Assembly: GCA_016125005.1 (NCBI GenBank)
Contig: WGMQ01000021.1
Location: 8,312-72,311 of the forward strand
Length of the DNA: 64,000 bases
Origin: a bacterium
GTDB lineage: Bacteria > Sumerlaeota > Sumerlaeia > SLMS01
Direction: 5' to 3'
Each line of letters starts with the position of its first letter. Position 1 is the first letter of the stretch. Position numbers and translations under genes: made by a program. Positions 9,906-18,076 of the stretch are shown in pieces. The notes under the pieces are model-generated. The model was given only the letters and a program-made list of their open reading frames with translations, did not search any database and had not been told where the DNA came from.

Positions 9906-11242
9906 GACTCGACCGCCGCGGCATCGTGTTCGTCGTCCTGCTGTGGGCTATCATGGCCCTAACAACCGTCGCCATCTACTTTGCCCATTCCTCGCGCCTT
10001 GTCTATCTCGCCAGCGAATCAGCCGCCGCAGGCTATCAGGCCGAGAATGCGATTTCCTCCGCCGTCGAGTATTTCCTCTATGCGATCCAGACGGAGGAGC
10101 CGGAAGGCAAGTATCTCGACCTGGAGACCGACGGCTACGAGGTGAGTCAAGTACCCCTCGGTGAGGCCCGGTTCTGGTTCCTCGGCTGGGATCGCAACGC
10201 CCTAACCGAGCCATCATCACCTGTCTATACAGCGGTCGACGAAGCAGCGAAGCTCAACATCAACACCGCCGATCAGGAAATGCTCGCAGCGCTCCCGGGC
10301 ATGACCAGCGAGTTGGCTGCGGCCATCGTCGATTGGCGTGATACCGACGAGGAACTTTCCTCGGAAGGCGCAGAGTCGGCCGACTATCTCACGCTCGACA
10401 CCCCCTACGCCGCAAAGAACTCGGAGTTCGAAAGCATCGACGAAATCCGCCTCCTCCACGGCGCCGATCCGGAGATCCTCTACGGCGAGGACCGGAACAT
10501 GAACGGCGTGCTCGACCAGAACGAAAACGACGGTGACGCCTCCTGGCCGCCCGACAACGAGGACGGTATCCTCCAGACGGGCATCATGCGCTACATCACG
10601 GTTTTTTCGCGCGAACCCAACACGAAGAGCGACGGATCGAACAAGGTGAACCTGCGCGGCCAAAGTGCCCGCAGCGACTTGCAGACGCTGGTCAGCGAGC
10701 GACTCGGCGGCGATGTCTTCAACCAGATAATCGCCAACGCGGGGAACAACCTGGGACGACCTGACAGCGTCCTTGCCTTCTATCTTTCCAGCGGTCTTTC
10801 CGAGGCCCAGTTCCGCGAGATCGAGAACGACCTCACCGTCTCGGAGGGCGAGTATCGCATCGGTGCCGTGAACGTGGTGACGGCGCCGCTCGCGGTGCTT
10901 GCGTGCCTGCCGGGAATCACCGGCGAGAAGGCAGAGGAGATCGTCAATGCGCGCCTCAGCCTCACCGACGAGCAGCGCGAGAGCGTGCTCTGGCTTACCA
11001 CGATTCTTGACCCCGACACCTGCCGATTGGTCGGACCGCACATCACGGCGCAGAGTTGGCAGTACGGTCTGGACATCGTCGCCGTGGGTCGCAACGGGCG
11101 CGGCTTCCGCCGCGAATTCGTCGTGGTTGATGTCGAGGACCCGCCGACCGTGATTTTCCGCCGCGATCGATCCCGCGAGGGCTGGCCGCTCGGCGATGAA
11201 GAATTGGAATCCCAAACCGAAGGAGTCGCTTCCAGCCGATGA
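9902..11242 (+). CDS. gspK: minor pseudopilin GspK
   Basis: N-terminal TM without Glu+5 (typical of GspK); KLNINTADQEMLAALPGM...AAIVDWRD helix-hairpin-helix/SAM-like GspK signature. Confidence 0.75.
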   Translation: MRLDRRGIVFVVLLWAIMALTTVAIYFAHSSRLVYLASESAAAGYQAENAISSAVEYFLYAIQTEEPEGKYLDLETDGYEVSQVPLGEARFWFLGWDRNALTEPSSPVYTAVDEAAKLNINTADQEMLAALPGMTSELAAAIVDWRDTDEELSSEGAESADYLTLDTPYAAKNSEFESIDEIRLLHGADPEILYGEDRNMNGVLDQNENDGDASWPPDNEDGILQTGIMRYITVFSREPNTKSDGSNKVNLRGQSARSDLQTLVSERLGGDVFNQIIANAGNNLGRPDSVLAFYLSSGLSEAQFREIENDLTVSEGEYRIGAVNVVTAPLAVLACLPGITGEKAEEIVNARLSLTDEQRESVLWLTTILDPDTCRLVGPHITAQSWQYGLDIVAVGRNGRGFRREFVVVDVEDPPTVIFRRDRSREGWPLGDEELESQTEGVASSR

Positions 11243-12633
11243 TTTCCTTGTCCCAAGCGACAATCCGGGAACGCACGCGCAGGTTGCTGCTGTGCGAGTT
11301 CCGTCCCGATGGCGCGATGCTGTGTGAGTACGCGGTTGGCTCGGCGGGAGCGCGCCAGACCGCGGCGCTTTCCGCCGCCATCCCCGGCGATCCCTGCGGT
11401 CCTGACGCGGCCACGTTCGGCGCCCAGCTTCGCCTGCTCATGCAGGAGCACAAGCTTCGCGGCGGCGCGTGCCTCGTGCTGGTCCCGCTCTCGTGGGTCG
11501 TGACGCACAGCTTCGAAACGCCCGCGCTCTCAGACGCGGACCTGCAATCCATGATCACCCTTGAGGCCGAGAAGGTTTTCCCCTTCGGGCCGTCGGAGCA
11601 GGTCCTCGGCAACTCCGTCATCCGTCCTTCGGAATCGGCAGCCGTCGTCACGCTGGTGGCCATGCAGGCGACACGGCTCGATGCACTGGAGCGTGCGCTT
11701 CGCGGTGCGGGCCTCGGCCCTGTGGCCATCGCCGTCCAAGGCTTTGACGACAGCACCGAAGCCGCGAGTGCGCGCCTCCTGACGGGCCCTTCCGGCCTGC
11801 TGCTCTCGGTGAGCCAGAGCGGTTCCGTCGTGGCGCTGCGCCACCTTTGCGACGCGACGGCGCTCGGCGACCTGGCCGAGCCAGCGCGCCGCGCTGATCT
11901 CGTGCGCGAGGTGAAGATGTCCCTCCGCGCGCTTCCGCAGGCCCTGGGTGCCGCACCGACTGCCATCGTGCTCGAATGGGATCAGGGGCTTCAGGAAAGC
12001 CAGATCGCACCGCTCGCCGAACAGTTCCGCAAAAGTGGCTTCGACCTGCAAAGCCGCCGGGTGACCGAAGGCGAGCAGCGCGTCCGCCTGATCGAGCGCT
12101 GGGCGAAGGAGCATCGCCTCGCGGTGAACCTGCTTCGCCCCCGCCTGTCGCGCTGGGAACGCACCTTCCGCGCGATGAACCGCCGCGGCCTACTGGTCCG
12201 TGCCGTGGCGGGTGCGGGCACCCTGGTGGCCCTCGTGGCGCTGCTGTTCCTCTACCGTGGCTGGCGTGCCTCCTCGCTCGAATCACAGTGGAGCCGCATG
12301 GAATCAGACGTCGCCGTGGTCGAGGGGCTCGAACAGGACATTCGCGCATGGCGGGCCTGGTACAACCCGGCCGTTCCCACGCTCGACCTGATGAAGTCGC
12401 TGACCGAGGCATTCCCCTCCGGTGGCGATGTCTATACAAAGACGCTTCAGATTCGTGACCAACGTGAAGTGATCTGCACCGGCACGGCCAAACGACGGGA
12501 GGATTTTGTGAAGTTTCAGGAGAAACTCGGTGCCACGGCGGGAGTCAGTGGATTGCAGGTCCAGCAGCTTCGCGGCGAGGAGCCCGTGCAGTTCAGCCTT
12601 ACGTTCCGCTGGGCAGGAAGGGGTGGCGCATGA
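11239..12633 (+). CDS. GspL-like assembly protein (cytoplasmic actin-like domain, TM, periplasmic domain; PilM/PilN-like fusion)
   Basis: 464 aa; one central TM (LLVRAVAGAGTLVALVALLFLY); position and topology match GspL. Confidence 0.5.
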   Translation: MISLSQATIRERTRRLLLCEFRPDGAMLCEYAVGSAGARQTAALSAAIPGDPCGPDAATFGAQLRLLMQEHKLRGGACLVLVPLSWVVTHSFETPALSDADLQSMITLEAEKVFPFGPSEQVLGNSVIRPSESAAVVTLVAMQATRLDALERALRGAGLGPVAIAVQGFDDSTEAASARLLTGPSGLLLSVSQSGSVVALRHLCDATALGDLAEPARRADLVREVKMSLRALPQALGAAPTAIVLEWDQGLQESQIAPLAEQFRKSGFDLQSRRVTEGEQRVRLIERWAKEHRLAVNLLRPRLSRWERTFRAMNRRGLLVRAVAGAGTLVALVALLFLYRGWRASSLESQWSRMESDVAVVEGLEQDIRAWRAWYNPAVPTLDLMKSLTEAFPSGGDVYTKTLQIRDQREVICTGTAKRREDFVKFQEKLGATAGVSGLQVQQLRGEEPVQFSLTFRWAGRGGA

Positions 12634-13163
12634 GCAACGATGCACGCAGGAAGCTCCTGATTGTCCTGGCGGGTTGCGGCGTCGGCCTCTTCCTGCTGGA
12701 TGCGGCAGTGCTCCGTCCGCTGGGCAATGCCTGGCAAAGTCAGGGGGAGCGCATCGCTACGGGCAGCCAGCAGGTGGAGCGCGGGAATGCCCTGCTTGAT
12801 CGACGCGATTCCACGAGCGGTCGTTGGAAGAGCATGAAGGACGGCTCGCTCCCGAAGGATACCGCCAAGGCCGAGTCGCTTGTGCTGAGTGCCATCGGCA
12901 ATTGGGCCGGACGTAGTGGGCTCACGGTGTCGAATATTCGCCCGCGCTGGGTCGTGATGAAGAACGTGGGCGACCGGTTCGAAGTCCGCCTGTCCGCCGA
13001 TGGCGACCTTGAGCGAGTCACGCGGTTCATCTATGAGTTGGAGACCGATAGTCTGCCGCTCGCGGTGGAGGAAACGCTCATCCGGTCGAAGACTGACTCT
13101 GGCGACGACCTGAGTCTTGAACTGCGCTTTTCGGCGCTTCGGATCGGGGGAACCGGCGCATGA
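12630..13163 (+). CDS. GspM/PilO-like bitopic inner-membrane protein
   Basis: 177 aa with an N-terminal TM (LLIVLAGCGVGLFLL) then a periplasmic domain; operon position. Confidence 0.45.
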   Translation: MSNDARRKLLIVLAGCGVGLFLLDAAVLRPLGNAWQSQGERIATGSQQVERGNALLDRRDSTSGRWKSMKDGSLPKDTAKAESLVLSAIGNWAGRSGLTVSNIRPRWVVMKNVGDRFEVRLSADGDLERVTRFIYELETDSLPLAVEETLIRSKTDSGDDLSLELRFSALRIGGTGA

Positions 13164-13696
13164 GACTCGTTGCTGTTGGTTGCCTTATCCTGGTCGCAGC
13201 CGTCGCGCTGGTCGGTGCGCAGGAATCCCGCAAGCCCGCGTCCGCGCGGTCCTTCTCCGACTACAACATCCTGCTCCAGCGGAACATCTTCAGCGCCAAG
13301 CGTCGCGCACCGGTCGTGGGCACACGCTCGACTGGGCCTGTCTCCACGGCGCCCACCATCGAGACGGTGACGCTCGTTGGTGTGGTGCTCCGTGACACGG
13401 GAAACATCGCGATCTTCGCCTCTGCGCTCAGTTCCGAGAGCGGTTCTCGAAACCCCGGTGAATCGGTGGCAGGGTTTCGTATAGACGAGATCAGGACGAC
13501 CTCCATCACCATGACGCGTGATGAGAAGAAGCTGGAATGGACGGTGGGGGGAATCCTCCGCCGTATAGACGGTGGCGATTGGTACCTCCCCGAGGCACCA
13601 GGCGCCGCCAGCGACATCACCGCCGATCCCGCCGCCGAGGCGGCAATCCTGAAACGTATGCGCGCCCGCCGGGCGCAGGAGGCCAGCAATGAGTAA
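13160..13696 (+). CDS. GspC/PilP-like secretin-interacting periplasmic protein (putative)
   Basis: 178 aa, N-terminal TM/signal anchor, then a predicted beta-rich domain; sits directly before the secretin genes. Confidence 0.4.
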   Translation: MRLVAVGCLILVAAVALVGAQESRKPASARSFSDYNILLQRNIFSAKRRAPVVGTRSTGPVSTAPTIETVTLVGVVLRDTGNIAIFASALSSESGSRNPGESVAGFRIDEIRTTSITMTRDEKKLEWTVGGILRRIDGGDWYLPEAPGAASDITADPAAEAAILKRMRARRAQEASNE

Positions 13697-15410
13697 GTAC
13701 CGACGTCTTTCCGCCCTGATCCTCTCCGGTGCGCTGGTGTTCCCACTCCTTGCGCAACCGGATCAAGCCCCGGAGCCGACACCGGAAGAGACCCCGGCAC
13801 CCACGCCGGAGCCTACGCCTGAACCGACTCCAGAGCCGACGCCGGAACTCATCCTCCTGGCACCCGTCGAGCCCGGTCCGCCCGATGAATCAGGCGCACC
13901 CCCTGCCGATATGGAGGGCGCTCCACCCGCAGGGATCGACACACCGGAGATGAATGGTTCCGCGATGGACTTCGAGGCCCAGATGCGCCTTCGTCGCCGC
14001 GACTCCGAGATGGAAGGCTCATCGTCCGGCTCTTCGCAGACCTCCGCCGAACCGACGCCGATTCCCAAGCTCATCAGCCTCAACTTCAAAGGCGCGCCCC
14101 TCAATACGGTGCTCGACTACCTCGCGGAGAGCACCGGCTACTCGGTCGTGCGCGGCACCACGGTCGAAGGCACTGTCGACGTCATCAGTCCGACCGCGCT
14201 CTCCACAGAGGATGCGTTGGAACTCGTCACCACGGTCCTCTACCAGCGCGGCTACGCGGCGCTTCGCGTCGGCAAGACGCTGACCATCGTGAAGCGCGAT
14301 GACGCCAGCAAGCGCAACGTCCCGGTCCGTCAGGGGGCCGATCCCGAGGAGATTCCCCTCAGTGACCAGATCGTGACGCAGATCATCCCGGTGCGCTACA
14401 GCCGCGCCAGCGAACTGGTCGACAACATCAAACCCCTCCTGCCCGAGAACTCGATCATCACGGCAAACCAGGGGAGCAACGCCATCATCCTGACCGACTC
14501 GCAGATGAACGTGCGTCGCGTGGTCGAGATCATCTCGGCGCTCGACAAGTCCTTCTCCGAGATCACGACGGTGCGCGCCTTCACGCTTCAGTATGCCGAC
14601 GCGAAGGCGACCGCGACGCTCATCACGACCCTCTTCCAATCGAACACCGCGACAGGGCAGAACGGACGCAACAACGGCGGTACCCAGTTCCGCGGCCCGG
14701 GCGGCCCCTTCGGCGGGAACCGCGGGGGCGACAGCTCCAGCTCCGATTCGTCCGCCGCGGCGCTTCAGGCTTCCTCTCGCATCGCCGCCGGTGCGGACGA
14801 GCGAACCAACACGCTGGTCGTGGCGGCGCCTGGAGCCCTGATGCCTGCCATCGAGGAGCTCCTCACGCAGATCGACAAGTCGACGGACGTCCTCACCGAG
14901 GTACGCGTCTTCCCCCTCAAGTACGCTGACGCCCAGGAGATGGCCACGCTGGTGACCAGTGTGTTCGCCCCGAGCAGTACAACAACCACCAGCGGCAGCA
15001 ATAACAACAATCGGGGCCAGCGCTTCTTCCAGTTCGGTGGCTTTGGCGGTTTCCGGGGACAAGGTGGCAACAGCCAGCAGACAGCGGGTCAGAGTGAGCG
15101 CCAACAGGCTGAGGATTCCGTCGTCGCCGTCGCGGACACGCGCACCAACTCGATCGTCGTGAGCGCCGTCGGAAGCGTGCTGGACCAGGTCGAGCAGGTC
15201 GTCAAGGGTCTCGACCGCGATCCATCCGGCACGAAGAAGGTCCACGTCTACGAGTTGAAGAACGCGCGCCCCGAGGAGGTCTCGGCCCTCATCGAGGAGA
15301 TGTTTGGCACCTCGACCTCGTCGTCGACCACGACGCGATCCTCGAACAATAACACGCGCTCGAACAACACGGGGACGCGGAACAATAATAACCGGAACAC
15401 GGGGAACTGA
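13689..15410 (+). CDS. secretin N-terminal module (N0-N1-N2 plus the first half of N3), separate ORF with its own signal peptide
   Basis: Signal peptide, then a (PEPT)n linker, an N0 domain (LISLNFKGAPLNTVLDYLAESTGYSVV) and repeated secretin N-domain beta-alpha units (IIPVRYSRASELVDNIKPLL; VRAFTLQYADAKATATLITTLF; VRVFPLKYADAQEMATLVTSVF; VHVYELKNARPEEVSALIEEMF). Each unit is interrupted by a Gly/Asn/Ser-rich low-complexity loop. The ORF stops at TGA 15408-15410. Confidence 0.7.
   Translation: MSKYRRLSALILSGALVFPLLAQPDQAPEPTPEETPAPTPEPTPEPTPEPTPELILLAPVEPGPPDESGAPPADMEGAPPAGIDTPEMNGSAMDFEAQMRLRRRDSEMEGSSSGSSQTSAEPTPIPKLISLNFKGAPLNTVLDYLAESTGYSVVRGTTVEGTVDVISPTALSTEDALELVTTVLYQRGYAALRVGKTLTIVKRDDASKRNVPVRQGADPEEIPLSDQIVTQIIPVRYSRASELVDNIKPLLPENSIITANQGSNAIILTDSQMNVRRVVEIISALDKSFSEITTVRAFTLQYADAKATATLITTLFQSNTATGQNGRNNGGTQFRGPGGPFGGNRGGDSSSSDSSAAALQASSRIAAGADERTNTLVVAAPGALMPAIEELLTQIDKSTDVLTEVRVFPLKYADAQEMATLVTSVFAPSSTTTTSGSNNNNRGQRFFQFGGFGGFRGQGGNSQQTAGQSERQQAEDSVVAVADTRTNSIVVSAVGSVLDQVEQVVKGLDRDPSGTKKVHVYELKNARPEEVSALIEEMFGTSTSSSTTTRSSNNNTRSNNTGTRNNNNRNTGN
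13776..13850 (+). repeat. tandem Pro-Glu-Pro-Thr coding repeat (PEPTPEETPAPTPEPTPEPTPEPTPE) in the secretin N-module linker
   Basis: Direct reading of the gagccgac / ccggag(c)c triplet-based repeats. Confidence 0.6.
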
Positions 15411-15418
15411 GCGCGATC

Positions 15419-16498
15419 ATGAGAAACGGAACCCAATTGTTCGTCGCCGCCATGGCGGCAGCCGCCCTGATCTCGGGCCAGCAGGCATCGGCACAGCCGG
15501 GCGAAGGAGGTCGCCAGGGAACCCGTGGCAACCTCGGCACCACGCTCGCGAAGGATGCCGTCGTCAAGTATGACCCGGAGACCAACTCGATCATCGTCAT
15601 TACCGACGACGACACGAACGAGCAAATCGCCCAACTCATCAACAAGCTGGACCAGCCCACACCGCAGGTCCTCATCAACGTGCTGTTCCTTGAGGTGACC
15701 TACACCAACGACCTCGACTACGGCCTTGAGGCTTCCTTCAACTGGAACAATGGCCGCGGCGTCGCGGAGAGCGACTTCGGCCTCGCGGGCGCGTCGCAAG
15801 GCGGCTTTCTGCGTATCCTGCAGGACGATATCTCGGTGACCATGCGGGCGCTTGCCGAGCGCGGCAAGCTGGAGGTCCTTTCGCGTCCGTCGGTCCTCGC
15901 ACGCAACAACGAGGAAGCCACCATCACCATCGGCCAGGAAGTCCCCTTCATCCGCAACTCGCGCGTGACGGACAACGGCCAGACCATCAACACCATCGAG
16001 TACGAGGACATCGGCATCATCCTCACGGTGACGCCGTCGATCAGCCCCGAGGGCCTGGTCGAGATGGAGGTCGCGCCGGAGATTTCAACGCTCACCAGCC
16101 AGACCGTTCCCATCACCGACACGACCAACGCCCAGGTCATCGCCAAGCGCTCAGCCAGCACCCGCGTGGTCGTTGCCGACGGGAAGACCGTTGTCATCGG
16201 CGGCCTGATGGAGGACAACTTCACCGAATCGGTTCGCAAGCTGCCACTGCTCGGCGACATTCCCGTGCTTGGTCCGTTGCTCTTCAGCCGCACGATCAAG
16301 AACAAGAGCAAGACCGAGCTGCTGATCTTCCTGACCCCAAGCGTCGTCACCGGGATCGAGGATCTGAGCCGCACCACCGACGAGGAACGTGCCCGCCTGC
16401 GCTTGGTCGACAAGGCCTTCAAGGGTGTCGACACCACACGCTATATCGACTCGCTCGAGAAGCCGTCCGAGTCGACCGAGGGCGAAGAGAAGAAGTAA
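15419..16498 (+). CDS. gspD: secretin C-terminal module (second half of N3, then secretin/gate domain), own signal peptide
   Basis: MRNGTQLFVAAMAAAALISGQQASA|QP signal peptide; AVVKYDPETNSIIVITDDDTNEQIAQLINKLD completes an N-domain; then the canonical secretin core (VLINVLFLEV...LSRPSVLARNNEEATITIGQEVPF...VVIGGLMED...LPLLGDIPVLGPLF...TELLIFLTPSVV). Confidence 0.8.
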   Translation: MRNGTQLFVAAMAAAALISGQQASAQPGEGGRQGTRGNLGTTLAKDAVVKYDPETNSIIVITDDDTNEQIAQLINKLDQPTPQVLINVLFLEVTYTNDLDYGLEASFNWNNGRGVAESDFGLAGASQGGFLRILQDDISVTMRALAERGKLEVLSRPSVLARNNEEATITIGQEVPFIRNSRVTDNGQTINTIEYEDIGIILTVTPSISPEGLVEMEVAPEISTLTSQTVPITDTTNAQVIAKRSASTRVVVADGKTVVIGGLMEDNFTESVRKLPLLGDIPVLGPLLFSRTIKNKSKTELLIFLTPSVVTGIEDLSRTTDEERARLRLVDKAFKGVDTTRYIDSLEKPSESTEGEEKK

Positions 16499-16522
16499 CG
16501 AGACGGAGCGAGGCATCGTCGC

Positions 16523-18076
16523 ATGGTGACGTTCGAGACACGCGAGAAGAGGCTGTTGCCGATCAGGGTCACGCTCGTGGCCCTGTGGGTGGCACTGGCC
16601 GTGTGGCTTGGCGTCGAGCACATGCACACGCAACGCAAGGCTCGGACGGCGTTGCTCCAGCGGGCCCGCGACATCTCGGACACGATCGCGCTGATCAGCC
16701 GCTCAAGTCGCTCTGGCCTGATTCGCGAAGACCGCCTTAATCGCGCACTCAGCGAACTCGTGCAGTGGGATTTGCTCGAGGCCATTGTCCTCCTGAACGC
16801 CCGTGGCGAGACCGTGGCATCCGCTGGTCACACGGAGCGTTACGATCCCAAGACGCTCGAACTCGGCGCGGTGCGCTGGTCCGAGGACTCGGTCATCGTG
16901 ATGAACCTCGTCGACCTTGGCTCCGAGCCGGGAAGCGAACCGCAGACCCGCAATCCCACCATCGTCATCCCGGCACCGGATCGGGAGGACCAACGCTTCC
17001 GCCCGCCGGGCGACCGCGATACAAGCGGCACGCTTGAGCGCCGCGAAATGCCCATGGGACCGCCGCCTCCACCCCCACCTGACGATAGGGTGACGTCCGG
17101 CCCGCTCCGCCAACAGCAACGACCGGCCCGCCCCCCGTGGGCACGCGATTCGTCGGGACGCCCGCCATGGATGAGCGAAAGCGAGTTCCGCGACCTGATC
17201 GAGCGCCGCGGCTTCCACAGCTTCGTGCTGATCCTCAACGCACGCCCCATGCGCGACGACCTCGCCGCAGACCGAAACCTGCGCCTCATTGTGGCGGTCA
17301 TCAGCCTGCTTGGCGTCGCCGGTCTGTTGGCGGGGCTGACGCAATGGAGTCGCTCCACCAGCCTCCTTCTCAAGCTGGTGCAGAGCCAGCAGCAGAACGA
17401 GTCCCTTCGCGAGTTGAACCTGGCCGCCGCAGGTCTGGCTCATGAGACACGCAATCCGCTCAACGTCGTGCGCGGCGTCGCGCAACTCATCGATCACGAC
17501 CCTGCCTCCCCTCCCGAGATTCGCGACCGTGTCCGTCAGATCATGGAAGAGATCGACATGGTCACGTTCCGGCTCAATGAGTTCATCCGCTACTCGCGCC
17601 CACCACAGCCGCACCTTTCCGCGACCAACCCGACGACGGTCGCGGAGAACGTTCGTACTGCCCTGCAAAGCGACATCGAGGGACGCGACGTCACCATCGA
17701 GGTGGAGACCGCCTCCTATCGTGTGGAAGCGGACGAGATGCTGCTGCGCCAGTTGCTCTTCAACCTCATGATGAACGCGGTGCAGGCCGTCTGCGAACCG
17801 GGTCGCATCCGCGTGCACGCCGAGCCCGGCGAAGGCGGGCAGTTGCGCCTGATCGTGGACGACAACGGCCCCGGCGTCGCGGAGGACTTGCGCCAGGAAG
17901 TCTTCCGCCCCTACTTCACCACCAGCGACCGGGGCAGCGGACTCGGTCTCGCTGTCGTGCGCCAGATCTGCGTCGCACACGGTTGGAACATTGAGTGCAC
18001 CACGGCACCCCTTGGCGGAGCCCGGTTTGTCCTCAGCGGCCTGCGAATGACCACCACACCACCGGCCACCTCATGA
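16523..18076 (+). CDS. sensor histidine kinase (PilS-like) with two TM segments and a Pro-rich periplasmic loop
   Basis: HisKA H-box LAHETRNPLNVV and an HATPase_c domain (N, G1 DDNGPG, G2 GSGLGLAV boxes); TM segments near residues 15-35 and about 250. Confidence 0.8.
   Translation: MVTFETREKRLLPIRVTLVALWVALAVWLGVEHMHTQRKARTALLQRARDISDTIALISRSSRSGLIREDRLNRALSELVQWDLLEAIVLLNARGETVASAGHTERYDPKTLELGAVRWSEDSVIVMNLVDLGSEPGSEPQTRNPTIVIPAPDREDQRFRPPGDRDTSGTLERREMPMGPPPPPPPDDRVTSGPLRQQQRPARPPWARDSSGRPPWMSESEFRDLIERRGFHSFVLILNARPMRDDLAADRNLRLIVAVISLLGVAGLLAGLTQWSRSTSLLLKLVQSQQQNESLRELNLAAAGLAHETRNPLNVVRGVAQLIDHDPASPPEIRDRVRQIMEEIDMVTFRLNEFIRYSRPPQPHLSATNPTTVAENVRTALQSDIEGRDVTIEVETASYRVEADEMLLRQLLFNLMMNAVQAVCEPGRIRVHAEPGEGGQLRLIVDDNGPGVAEDLRQEVFRPYFTTSDRGSGLGLAVVRQICVAHGWNIECTTAPLGGARFVLSGLRMTTTPPATS

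Noticed and set aside
15389-15425. Possibility that the split secretin is a simple frameshift artefact
   Set aside because: The second ORF's frame has a TAA at 15389-15391, upstream of the first ORF's TGA (15408-15410). The second ORF also begins with a well-formed signal peptide. No single indel recreates one continuous protein with a sensible sequence. An assembly error still cannot be fully excluded without reads.
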